64,000 nt of DNA from Ruditapes philippinarum (taxonomy: Eukaryota), in contig NW_026866451.1 of NCBI RefSeq assembly GCF_026571515.1, positions 310,001-374,000 on the forward strand. Direction: 5' to 3'. The notes under the pieces were generated by a model. That model ran no database searches. It was not told the origin of the DNA and saw only the letters and a list, made by a program, of their open reading frames with translations. Positions 1 through 13,000 of the stretch are shown piece after piece. Numbering within the stretch: position 1 is the stretch's first letter; the number at the start of each line of letters is the position of its first letter. Both the position numbers and the translations under genes were made by a program.

Positions 1-239
1 CTTACAATGCTATAATGCATAAGTTACATATTATTTAAACAATTTTAACATTTATAAGTCGTCTTATTAATCATTTATTCAAAGTGTCATTTCTACACTA
101 AAATAGAAATGCGGACAAATAATTGTGTACGCAATCGAATATACGTAACAATTTTTATCATACATCATTTTCCCCACCTTACTCTTTATAAACAATATCA
201 TTATTTTGTGGACATTCAATTCAAATAAGTAAACGATCT

Positions 240-392
240 ATGGATCGCTAGCCGTGCGGGTTCAAAACCCGTGAGGGCCAAGCGGTTGTTTCCTTGAGCA
301 AGAAACTTTACAATAATTGTTCAGTACTGGTTCCAGGAACGGATTCGAAAGTGTGTCTTATTAAGCTTATATCTTCCTACACAATCGAAATA
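240..392 (+). mobile_element. tRNA-derived SINE, family A
   Basis: B-box-like GGTTCAAAACCC, then TTTCCTTGAGCAAGAAACTTTAC...CAGTACTGGTTCCAGGAACGGATTCG, shared with six other copies in the window. Confidence 0.8.
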
Positions 393-3300
393 ATACACCA
401 AATAAGTAAACCACATTTATGTATCAAATATATTTATTTTGAGCAGACAATCTTGATATGAAGAAGTCTAACATTTCAATAAAACATTGTTTATCTTTGA
501 AAATGTAAGATAAAACGAATAGTTACTAATGAGGCAATGTTTTCAGACATTGTATATAACATCGTTTTTTTTTTCTTTATTCGCTTTGACTATTTATTTT
601 TTTACTTAATGGCGTTTGTTATGAGGTATTTGTGTGTTTTTTCTTCCATTATTCCCTGTGTAATAAAGATAATGCGTTGACACGTACACAAAAAGGTTTC
701 AGCTTTTACTTCTAGATTATTGTGATTGTCGATCTACAAGTGGATGTCATGAATTTATTGCCGATAAAATCAAAGCTTAAAACTGTATAACCATCCTTTT
801 TGCTTACCATCCTTTTTGCTTTCTATTTTGACGTATTATCGATTGAGACTAAACTCCTTTAAAATAGCACTCTGGCAATTTATAAAATTATCACTTTAAG
901 CTGGCGCCTACGTATACAATAAAATTCACCATTCAGAATTTCTTGAACATATTTTTTGTGTAATTTTGTAATTTAAATTAATTTCTTACAATGTTCAATC
1001 ATTTTGAAAACATTTATTGAAGGTTTTAATTCTTTCTATTTATTGACATTGTAATTATTGTTGTTGTTGTTGTTGTTTTCAGTTGTGTTGCTTTCTTTTA
1101 TTAAACAGGCGTTTCGTGTTGAAAAAGTTATTTTTTTTCTTGTAAGAACAATGTTTCCGACTGAATGATGAAATTTCTACATGTTTTATAAAGTTATTCT
1201 CAACAAATGTTTTCTTAATTGATTCTATTACACAGTTTGATTCTCAAGTGTCTTCTTTATTGCTTTTGTTTAATAAGCTGATGCATACTTTAATTAAACT
1301 ATGTTCATGTTTAAAACACTTATTGTGAAATGAGGGTTTAATGGGTACCCATATGGCGCCATGATTTATTAAACATTTGATATATGGATAATGATAAGAC
1401 GTTTTACGTCGGTACAGATTCATAAATAAAATAAGCAAGTGCAAGAAAAACTGTGCACGTGTAAATGGATTTGATTATGTACAAAATAAATGAGACCAAG
1501 CAAATTTCATATCTATGCACATTGTTTATCATAGTCTTTTGTGTTTTTGTATGATTTCAAACTTATTTTTAATTGTTAATATAATGTTTGTTCTCAAAGT
1601 TATTATAAATATAGTAGACAATTATTAGTAAAACACCAAAAACCAACAATAACGTGCGTGCACATTTTAATTTCAGTCATTTATCAAAGCTTGAAACCGA
1701 GCTTTCAGAGCATTATGTTAAAGCGTTTTAAATAATTACTTTTGACTATTTAGAGGTTCATATAGCATGACATGATCACTGTTGACATTATCACATATTG
1801 GGGTATATCTTTTCAAATGATGGGTAGAGTTTAGTGGGACGACACCTACCCAGCACCGTCTTTAGCAGAATTTAAAAATATGTAAATAGAATAAGATATT
1901 ATAAAAGATGCCATGTGCTTACATGATAAGCGTCATATGACCTTCCATTAATAAATAGTGTGTAGTCTTTAATTACGTCCATTTTGAATTCTTTAATCAC
2001 ATATTAACAAGTTTTGACTTAGAAATAAAAAGAACTCTTTAAAAAAATTAACTAGAATGAAATATCACAAGGGTCTAGCCAGGTAAGGTCCTTTTTAATA
2101 ATTGAAGATTAAAAAATATTACCAGAAAGTCAAATAAATCGTTTTTAAATAAGATAAAATTTGAAGTTAAAGTTGTAAACCGTAATGGCTGATAATTGTA
2201 AGCGACACAATGTTACATGGTACCTTGCTTACTTTTAAGAGGTTTAATACCAGGAACTACACTTAATGCCGATATGTAAATGTCACAATGATTGAACGGC
2301 CTTAAATTTATACAAATTTGTTTCAGTTCGACTTTAGTGGAAGCTGTCTCGAATCCATTCCAGGAACTAACCAGTTTCTTGCTCATGGAAACAAAAAGCT
2401 TGAAGTGTCACAATATCAGTTATTTAATTGTATTTTAGATAATACTTTTAATTGAATGTCCCTTTCCACACATAAAAAACTTCAGGAAGGAAACAGAAAA
2501 ATATTAGTTATAAAGATCGTTAACAGATTATATGGCCCTGTACATATATATTGCAAACAGCCGTTTATATACGGCCATATAACCTGTCAACAATCTTTAT
2601 AACGAATTTATAATACAGCAAGCATCATTTTATAGAGAAAAAAGTAAGATTTCTTCATGAATCGACAGCAGCCGTGTATATAAAACTATATAAACGTCAC
2701 GATTATCCAATGAAAAGTGACGTTACAAACGTGCAGTATTATAATGTGTTTTATAAGTTTTTTTTAACAAGAATGTTTGATTCCTATTATAAACAATCAA
2801 AACAATGTGATAACTAGCCAATCTTATATAACTACAATATTTTTATAGGTCATGTGTTTTGATGAAAAGCCTCTGTCGTCCTGGAAAAGCTGGATTATTG
2901 TTTGATGAACCTTTGTATTACAATGGCTTACCACGTGGTATAACAAATAGTTTTGCTGTTGTATGCTGAATGTATAAGTGATAAATATAAAGTAGGAAGA
3001 TAATGTTTATTGACAAACCATTTATCACTAAATCAAGCATTTACCGACAAGGCAATCACGTTAGAGTCCTCACCGATAGCACGTACCTAGGCAACAATAT
3101 TGTCATCAGTGAACGGTATCGAATTTACAATGTCTGTCCAGATTCAATAAAGTGATTGATATGTCGTCTGCATCCAAACAGATATAATTTTCGGTTTAAT
3201 TTTGGAAAAATAACAAGATAAAACATTCAAATGCATTTTACGCACAAAGAATTCAAAGTTTGTAGTTACAATTAACATATAAAAGTGTTAACAATATCTT

Positions 3301-3504
3301 TAAAGACAAAAACCAGACAATTAAACATGAAGTACATGAACGCTGGGATAAAAAAAATTCTAAAGGTATTTCAAAGGTACAGGAAAAGGGTTATTCTGCT
3401 CGTTATTGATATTTTTCCTGATAATTTTGATAATTATTTTCACTCCACCCACTTAGATCCAAAAGCCTATTAATATTTTTTTTAGATTTCTTACATAGAA
3501 CAGC

Positions 3505-3795
3505 TTGGGCACTTAAAACAGAAAGAAATGCAACAGATAATTAAAAAGTATACTCAGAAACAAATTGAAAATTGTATTTTTATACTATTTAGCCGATTTG
3601 AGAGGAAAGCGTTGCAACGCTTTTCAATTTTAGGTCATTTTACACGATTATAATAATTATTATGGAAAAAAAACGAAGTGAGTTGATGATCTGAAATTTT
3701 GCAAACAAGTTATTGGGCTAGTCCTTCATCAAACGCTAATCTTGAAAAATTAGTTCCAGTCCCGGTATGTAAAAAACTCAGTGAAGTCTCTTTAA
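3505..3795. repeat. Dispersed repeat, also at ~45308-45615
   Basis: TTGGGCACTTAAAACA...AAAGCGTTGCAA(C/T)GCTTTTCAA...CAAGTTATTGG is shared by both loci. Ends in CTTTAA like a TTAA-type transposon end. Confidence 0.7.
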
Positions 3796-4372
3796 TGATT
3801 TCATTTTTTTATTTGAAACAATTGAAGGCCATTTAACTCATTTTTATATAATATACCGGTATTTCTTTTTTTTAAAACAAAAAGCCTATTTCCGGTTGAA
3901 AGTAGTCAAACGTGTCTTTTATTGTCATACCAGAGGTGATTTGTTCCATGTTGTGACACTATAGAAACTCTCCCTGTACAATTAATCTGAGATATTTCCT
4001 ATCCTTGAAGATCACGCAGCACAATATGCATGTGTTTATAGTATTTTTAGTTTCATCAATTTAGCAGTACTTCTACTTGAATTCTATTTAATAACCCTTA
4101 GGATATGTAGCCTGCTTTTAAAATTTGTCTTTTGACACCTGTTTGTGATACACCGTTTTAATAACCTCTATTTCCATATCAAGATTTGATTAAATCTTTA
4201 TCCGCCAATTGTTTTCTCATTTAGAGCACACATATTCTTTTTTTTTTTTTGGGGGGGGGGGGGGCATGCGCCGCGTGTCATGGAATGGCCTGGAAGGAAC
4301 TTTGATAACAACCATATGAACACTTCTGCGAATGTCTGTCAATTCTTAAAAATATTATATTTTAACGGTTAA

Positions 4373-4712
4373 AGGCCAATAATGCCCAAGAAATGCTTTT
4401 ATTCTTTTTTCTTTTTTTTTCAAAAGCTTTTTTTAAATGTTTGTGCCCTGTTTTAAGCCTTATATAGCAGTGAAGAAGATACTCATTGGCCAATTATCTG
4501 AACTTTTGCTTCTGATGCTTTTAGACAATTAGTACATTTATAGTAATTAAATATATTGTTTACTTCTACTTTTATGACAAACAATTTCACATTCAGTGCT
4601 ACTTTCTTTGGATGCTAAGTATCTAATATGCTCTAAAACTATTATATATACGCTATAAAACTAATGTTTGCCTTTTCTAAAGATAGAAAAATTTCAGAGG
4701 TATAATAGGCCT
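4373..4712. mobile_element. TTAA-flanked MITE, Kolobok-type
   Basis: TTAA|AGGCCAATAATGCC ... GGTATAATAGGCCT|TTAA. The internal CTCATTGGCCAATTA is shared with 63148. Confidence 0.65.
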
Positions 4713-5148
4713 TTAAATGTACGTTGGATTATGATTCAAGAGGCGAAATGGGACATGGATAGTAGCGTTCATTTACTACTAGGGGCTTGATCTAACTAAG
4801 CCTGTGACATTTTCAGATTTGCAGTCATATTTTAGTTTTAGAGTTTAATTATTGTAAGATGATTTGTACTGAGTATATTGAAATTCGTCTTTAGTCAAAC
4901 CAACCAAACCAAACAAAAAATATCATCAGTGGGAAATAGAACAAATTGCATCAATGGTTTCTGAAAACAAGTGTTTTTTTCTACCACATCCAATAAATTA
5001 AAGCTGTGTCAATTGAGGTAAAAGACTGCTTTTAAGCCGACGTAAAGCTTTTTATTTTTGGTTTTACTTTTTATAAAACTTAGGTCACATAAATGTTACT
5101 ATGTTCATGTATTTTACCATTACATATAATAATGCTGAATTCTGCTAA

Positions 5149-6603
5149 AGCCGGTGCTGTGGGGGTGCGTGGACTATAAATAGCGTGTTCTACTACATAC
5201 ATGAAAATGCTTATTCAAACTAAGCATGCAGCCGTTTTGGGCGTTCTCTAATGGATTCCGTTATTTTCTAATGAAACAAATTCCTTTTACAGCCTTAAAA
5301 TGTGAACAAAATGTTAAAATGAAGAAATTTTATTAACGTCGAATTATATTGTATATGTTTTCCTGATTGCTTTCTAATATCATTGCATATATAACATATA
5401 ACAATATCTCCTTTTTGATAAAGAAGTAAAACACTTTTTTCGTTTAAGTATAACGATAAATCTTCATTTTAGACAAAAAGGACAAATGTACACATATTCC
5501 ACTGGGAAACTTTTCTTTCACACTTTGATTGATGAATTGACTTCTTGGTTGGAGCTGAGACGCTTTGTTTTTTTTATAGAATACTCCGCTCAGTACAAAC
5601 GATGACGTTTGCATAATTCACAGACATTTACAGATAATTTAAATGTTTTGCTGGCACTTATAATGGTCAATTGTTTTATGGCACTTAGCTTAGACGTAAC
5701 ACCAAACCACGAAATAATTATATTTGGTTGTAATTAACAAATTTGAGATACATGGTCCTTTATTACATATCATTTTATAACCGAAAATAAAATTTTCTTG
5801 AACGCAATACAGAGATGCTACCTGTTATGCAGGTGCACCATCAAACCGGTTATACTCAGTCATTTAGAACTTGATCAACATTTTTTTAAAGCAATATTGC
5901 ATAAAAAATATCCAAAATATGATACATTTTAATTGTTTGTATCAATATTTGAAATACTTATGGAAAGTGTGCTCATTGTAGACCAATCCACTTTAAACTG
6001 AAGTCTTTGAAAACAAATCTCAGCAGAATTGCATTGTGTGTTGTTTTAGCCACTAGTTTTATTTTAAATGAAAAAAAGATAATAAAAGTTCATCTTATTG
6101 ACCAGTTGAAGACATTTTTAATATCATGAGTTTGACTGAGACTTGAAATATTTATATTTCTAAAGGAAAGTTGATTTGTTGAATATTCAACTTTAAAACA
6201 TATAACGCTGGACTACAAATGGATCACCATCAGCGAGTATTTTTATTAAGTTACTCCATAATATGTACGTAAAAGCAAATCATATTACGAGAAATACTGC
6301 AAAATATCATTATCATGAACTGTTAGGATATATGTACGTCACTTCCGGTTTGAGGTCGCACCTGTATAACAGATAGCATCTGTGTGTTTTCGGACTTTAT
6401 AAGGGTTGTATCAAGGCAATTACTGATATTTTTATGCGTCAATTATGAAAAATAAACTTATTTTAAAAAATGGAGAAAAACAGAATCCCTAAAGAAAGTC
6501 CAACACAACACAATTGAAAATGTTGCAGGCTCGGTTTGATTGAGCCTGTTCATGAACCGTACTGGAAGGTGCAAATTACCGTCCACGCCCCCTAGCACCG
6601 GCT
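5149..6603. mobile_element. Segment bounded by ~130-bp diverged inverted repeats (AGCCGGTGCTAGGGGGCGTGGAC family)
   Basis: 5149-5270 and 6470-6603 are inverted homologues. The same terminus also occurs at ~1850, 12014, 23169, 28301, 35231, 44423 and 45704. Confidence 0.55.
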
Positions 6604-8659
6604 AGTTTGTTCTACATGATCAAACATTAAAATTGGCACGTGAATATGTGAGCCACTGACCTTTAAAAGAGGACATAACAAGCAGATTGTTTGTTAAAGC
6701 TGATGAGCTCAAGGGCAAAAAAAAATTATAATAATTAATATCATGAGTTTGACTGAGACTTGAAATATTTGTATTTCTGAAGGAAAAGTTGATTTGTTGA
6801 ATATTCAACTTTAAAAACATATAACGTTGGACTACAAATGGATCAACATCAGCGAGTTCCTCAATAATATGTACGTAGAAGCAAAAAAAAAACAACAACA
6901 AAAAAACAAAAACAAACGCGTCAATTATGAAAAATAAACTTACTTAAGTTTGTTCTACATGATGAAACTTTAAAATTGGCATGTGAATATGTGGGCCTTA
7001 AAACTGACCTTAAAAGAGGACATAACAAGCAGGTTGTTTGTTTACGCTGATGAGCTCAAGGGCAAAAAAAATTATTATAATTAAAATTCTCAATATCATT
7101 TGAATGAAGTTTTAATCAACATAAATACATGAAGGGAGTTTTTGTCTCGGTTGACGTCATAGTTGCATGACAGCGCGCAGTTAACACAGATGCATGGTTA
7201 CCAAAGCTAAATGCATGTAAAGGACAGGTTGTGTTTTTTTCTTACAATTATATATAATTTAATATAATAGATATATAATTAAACATACCTTACATTTAGC
7301 TCTAAATGTGCTCCTAACTACGCTCAATTGTGGATTGGTTTTAAAGTAAAATCTTTAAAATACAGCTGTTGAAAATGTGTTTGAAACGTGAATAGTGCAA
7401 GCACATTAAATTGAAGACATTTTGCAAAGATACTAAATAAACTGCTCACAGCTGTTTCTTGCCTGCGAGATGTTGATATAAATGTTATCACATAAAACTG
7501 TATATTTATGAAACTAACATATAAAGGCAAAAAAAACAACAACAAAACAACAGCAAATTGTTGCTATCTGTTCTCACATTACACTTTTCTAAATAAGAAG
7601 TTGAGCATAAACATTAGCCCATTTAATGGATGAAAGGAAACCAACGCGCAGTTTTTATTTAAAAAAAGTTATAGCTTTATTATAGTTGATGGTGATTGTA
7701 GTTCGATGATTCTGTCAAATAGAGGGTAGTTCTCCGACAAATAAATTGCAAATTTTCAGGACAGTTTAATAGCTTTGTGTTTAAACGTGCAGAATATTTG
7801 ATGTGCATTGTTAGTCGGGTGTAAATTGAATTTTCAAATTTTCTAGATTTTAAAGGGATTCCAGTTGCCATTGTGCCTTTACTTTTACATTGACATTTAA
7901 AATTTTACATTGACATTGTATAAGATCAAATGATCAAACGTGAAGAAATAATCAATAAAAAAATGAATGTTTCTTCAAATTAACCTTTGTTTTGTTTGCA
8001 AATATGTATCTTTTTATAGTAATTTAAAGAATCTATCAATGTATAATGCGCTGGAAAACTTTAAAATGTCAGTGTTATTTAATCTTCTGTTGATTGCATA
8101 TCCCAAAAGATCCCAACAGATATAATTGAAGAAAGTTGCTTGTAACATTTCATTATGTTTTGGTGTTGTTGAAATTTCAGTAGCACCAACACTGTAAAGG
8201 TCATATTACATTTCAAGCTTTACTGTCACATTAAATGTATAACATTTATATTAATTGACATCAGAACACTCTAAATATTATCCTGCTATAATACAATGCT
8301 GTTTTGTCACCCATGTCACATATTCAGCACGTGAAGTATGATTGTTAGACTAAGTAGATGGCAAATATCGTCTGCCGTGGTTTCTAAGAGGATAGCATTG
8401 TCAATAAAAACCGTTGTCTATGAATTGGTGTCTATTCTAATAACAGGATAATAATCCATGGAGACGTTAACAGCCAAGCAAAGAAATAAACCACGGAGTA
8501 AATTAAAATGTAGAAAAACTTCAAATGTAACTTGAAATAATCTGAATCCGATATTGTACAGTTAATACACAATCACTAGTTGGAACTATGTATTACAAGT
8601 GATAATCTGGATAGTCCATACATTTATTTTATTTTATTATCATTTAGTTTATAGGAATT

Positions 8660-8850
8660 TATTTTAGTTCGATTGTGTTGGAAATTATTGAAACACTGTC
8701 GAATCCGTTCCTGGAACCAACCAATACTAAGCAATAAGTATAAGGTTTCTTGCTCACTGAAACAACAGCTTGCCCATGACGGGATTTGAACCCACGCGGC
8801 CAGCAATCCTTAAATTTCTAGTCTGACGCGTTTAATACTTCAATGCTGCC
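8660..8850 (-). mobile_element. SINE family A in unit 1
   Basis: GAATCCGTTCCTGGAACCAACC...GGGATTTGAACCC is the reverse complement of the family A body and B box. Confidence 0.8.
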
Positions 8851-9196
8851 ACTCAAATTTTATTATTTCTTGAAGGAAAGTTAAGAAACATACAGAATCT
8901 AACTGTTGAACTTTAGCAGATTGAATGTATAAACACGTAAAATACAATTCAAGACTTTGACGTTTGATGAAAGAATCTATTACCTGATTTTATACCCGAT
9001 TATAGAATATTGCAATAGCACACAAAAATAATAGAATGTTATTGAACATTTCTAGTTGATTTCGAAGAAATGTTCTGAAATAAAAAAAAATACTATTTCA
9101 CATTTTGGTGTTATCAAATGATAATGTCACGCTATTACTTGAAGACTTACTTTTCCTTTTAGATTTGCCGATATTAATGTCATATACATCCGAATG

Positions 9197-10070
9197 CTAC
9201 TTTTTGGTGAACTTCTCCCTCAGTCCAAAGAAAGCAACAGCAAAAAATTACCGGAATGATTGACATCGATAACTTCACGTACCATTAATTGTTCAAATGT
9301 AAATCATTCTGGAGATTTATCTGGGACTTACCGGCTACTCGAATAAGAGCAGCTTTGTTAAAACTGCTTGAATAAAAATGAAGCAATACCATTGATAGCA
9401 CTTATCACGACCCTATTAAACACGCTACTAGCAATGGAAATATTGTGCATGGCCATGAAAGAACATTGACTCCTTTCGTTAGAGAAACATATCATTAAAA
9501 TATAGTTCAGGTTTATTTTGGCATGTATGGAAATATAACAAATATGTATTTTATACATGTACTTATTATACATCTTGTAGTTTTGGTATAAGAGTAAGTA
9601 AATTTTTACTCACAATATTAGTAATATTTTTACAACCAATTAACTTCAGGGCTAATTGTTAGAACACACAATATAACATTGTAATCCAAGAAAAAGATAC
9701 AGTAGAGCTACAGATTCTTAGTGAGACCAGAAATCAATCATTAATTCTCCTTCAACACAGATATATGGTTTAAAGCAATTTCTTACTAAAAGCCACGAAG
9801 TCAGTCACATGTTATAACAAAGTGAAATCTTAGATAGTATACTTGATACCTCATATATTGACTTTGCAGGGATTTAACAAGATCTCCTAATTGATGCTGC
9901 TCATCTGTTACATCAAATCTATTCATGCTTCCCATTGTTTTTATTTTTTACAGTTGTTTTATTAGGTTCCTGACATCTGCTATGTTACGTCTGAGCAAGC
10001 AAATATCGTACATTGAATTAGCTCTTTCTGATATTGTGTATTTCAAAATTAAGATATTATTGCGGTGCAT
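9197..10070 (-). pseudogene. Decayed intronless membrane-protein (class A GPCR-like) gene, unit 1
   Basis: Homologous to the other four units. ORF fragment 9358..9573 (...NISIASSVFNRVVISAINGIASFLF) and C-terminal VAFFGLREKFTKK*. Many stops and frameshifts. Confidence 0.4.
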
Positions 10071-13000
10071 TTTTATTTTTATCCATACAAGGTCTTAATA
10101 GTTAAAACGTATTTAGAAATCGTGTTTCCCTGATGACAGAATTTGTCATTTAATTGATGTCTATGTTATATATACTCGTATATTCAATTTATAGCACCCG
10201 ACCCATTAAAAATTATCTTGTTTTGTACGCCTTAGAACATATCTTATATGTGTTGAAAACTAACATGTCTCATTTTTTTCTGTATTCTGTATTTCAATCT
10301 TCAACTTAATCTATGATAATAATGATGATAAAATAACGATAGCAAAAGTCTCACATTAAAATATGGTATGGTAAAAATGACACGTCATAATTTAAAATGA
10401 AAATTAATTTAATTTTTATTTCTCAAAAGCTTTTTTATAATCATTTCTTTTGTGAAACAGGTTTTGAAACAGTTCTAAATGCCCGACTGCTCAACAATCT
10501 CTTGCTTTTGGTCCGTAGAAAAGTGCTAGTGATTTAATATTTCATATTGAAGACATTATAGCAATTTATTTACTATTAGTACCTTTTTGCTACTTTATGA
10601 CATTTTTTTTTTCACATTTAATACTGTTTTCTTCACGTAATGGGCATCTAGCATGCTCTAAATCCATTATAAAAACATTACATCATACACAAGTACACCT
10701 GTATGCCTTTTCGTTCAAGTTTATGGCCACTTTTCTGAAGTCAAGCTAGGATTTTGAGGGTCCTTTTTTAGGAGAACCTTTAAATAATCTGCAAATAACA
10801 TTCTAATGAAATGCAATTTTTGGGTAAAAGAAACAAATGTCAGCTAACAATTGAGAATTTTGGTTTTCTACTTAAAATTTATGAAATACTGATATAAAAA
10901 CTGTTACCCTACCCCACCCATTTTTACCACATTGTCCTGACCATTTTTCACTTTAGGGAGCCTAATTCAAAAAAATTCTTAAAATTAACCCAAATGAGTG
11001 CCTGTTTTCAAAGTTTCCCTTAAATTTTTAAAAAAAGTATATTTGGTTGATCTTGTAAAATATGAAATACTTTTTACCCCGGTTAGTTTTGATTAATATT
11101 ACACTTTGAAAATATCAGGTCATTTTCAATGTAGTTAACAGTAATTCTAGCCTACTTGAATACTCTTCAAAGCGGAGGTAATGCATTAGGGTGCTAATAC
11201 CTTAATACAATGTACGATGTACAAATCTCACAATCAGTGTGCTGAACATTGCACATAAAATCTTTCTTTTAATTTTTTTCATTAATTTAAGAAAAAAACT
11301 CCAAAACAATACAAAAGAAATACTTATACATATAAATGAAACATCAGGAAAAATGAAGTGCATCAAAATCAATCATTCTTTTGGTTGCACATTGCATTTT
11401 TACATGATGATTTACGTATATAGACGCGTATTTTAAAACATTAAACATAAAGGAATATATGTTTTACTAGTTGTCTGGTGCCTGTCTATGAAGTCTCTTT
11501 TTACATTCAGTGCTATTTTCTTTGGATGATAAGTATCTTAAATGCTCTCAAACCAGGATTTAAACGTTTGCATTTTCTAAAGGAGGCAAAAATTCTGTAG
11601 CTAGACTTGATTTAACTAAGCCAGCAAAATTTCCAGATCTGCAGTGTTAGTTTAGAGTTTATCTGTTCTTTCTGTAACATACTTTGTATATTGAAATTCT
11701 TCTTTAATCAAACCAACCAAACCATACCAATCCATAAATAAATATCATCAGTGGGAAACGAAACAAATTGTATTAATGGTTTCTGAAAGTTTTTTTTGGT
11801 AAAAAAAACAACAATCCACAACACACAATAATTTAATGCTGTGTCGATTAGGGGTAAAAGACTGCTTTTAATAATCTGAAGTGAAGTTTGTTTTGTTATT
11901 TTTGTTTATGTTGAATAATTATATAACTTATGTCAAATAAATGTTCATATATACATATATACAAATATTTGTGTATTTTACCATTACATGTGTCAATGAT
12001 GCATACTGATAATGCCGGTGCGTGGTGAGGGGGAAGGGGGGCGTGGACGGTAGATTGCATTTTCCACTACATGCCTGAACATGCTCAATCAAACTGGGCA
12101 TGAAACATTTTCAATTATGCCGTTTTGGGCGTTCTCTAGGGATTCTCTTATTTTCTATTGAAACAAATTCTTTCTGCATCCTTGAAGTGTGAACAAAATG
12201 TTAAAATGAAGAAATTTTATTAAAGTTGAATTATATTGAACATATGTATTTTGTCCTGATTGCTATCTAATACGTATTATTGCATAAAACATTTAACAAA
12301 ATATCTTTTTTGTTACAGAAGAAAAACACAGTTTTTTTCAGTTTAACAATAAATCTTCATTTTAGACAAAAAGGACAAATGTAGACATATTCCACTGGGA
12401 ATTTTTTCTTTTCACAGCTTGATTGATGAATTGTCTTCTTGTTTGGAGACGCTTTGTTTTTTTATAGAACATTCAAGATAATTCAACGATAAAGGGTGCA
12501 TAATTCATAGACATTAATAAATAATGGAAAAGTGTTTTTAATGCAAATATAATTGTAAAATGTTTTATATAACTCGGTCGGTTTTTCTTTATTCTTAATG
12601 ATAATTTCATTGCCCCCTCTGTTAAAATCTGTGAAGTATTGAAAATATTATATTTTATGGTCTCTATGAAATCTTATTTGATAATCCAGTTGACAAAGAG
12701 AATGTCTGATTGGAAAATAAGCTTTTTTGAGCAAAGTTACCAGTGTTTAATTGAATTGCACAGTAAATGATTACCAATGTTCATATGACAAGTGATTATT
12801 GCATTCAATATGTAGATTCCAAAAATATCGGGGTTACACCAGACCATGTGATGTTAGCACAAACATACACATTTACATATATGAGCGTCACTTCCGGTTT
12901 GAGGTCACACCTGCGGACTTTGTAAGGGTTATACTCAGGCAATTACCGATTATTTTACGCCTACCTTATAAAAAATAAACTTACTTTGATCAAATATAAA

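Noticed and set aside
6581-6603. CTCF site (CTAGGGGGCG core)
   Set aside because: Only a partial match, and it sits at the end of a dispersed repeat. It cannot be supported from sequence alone.
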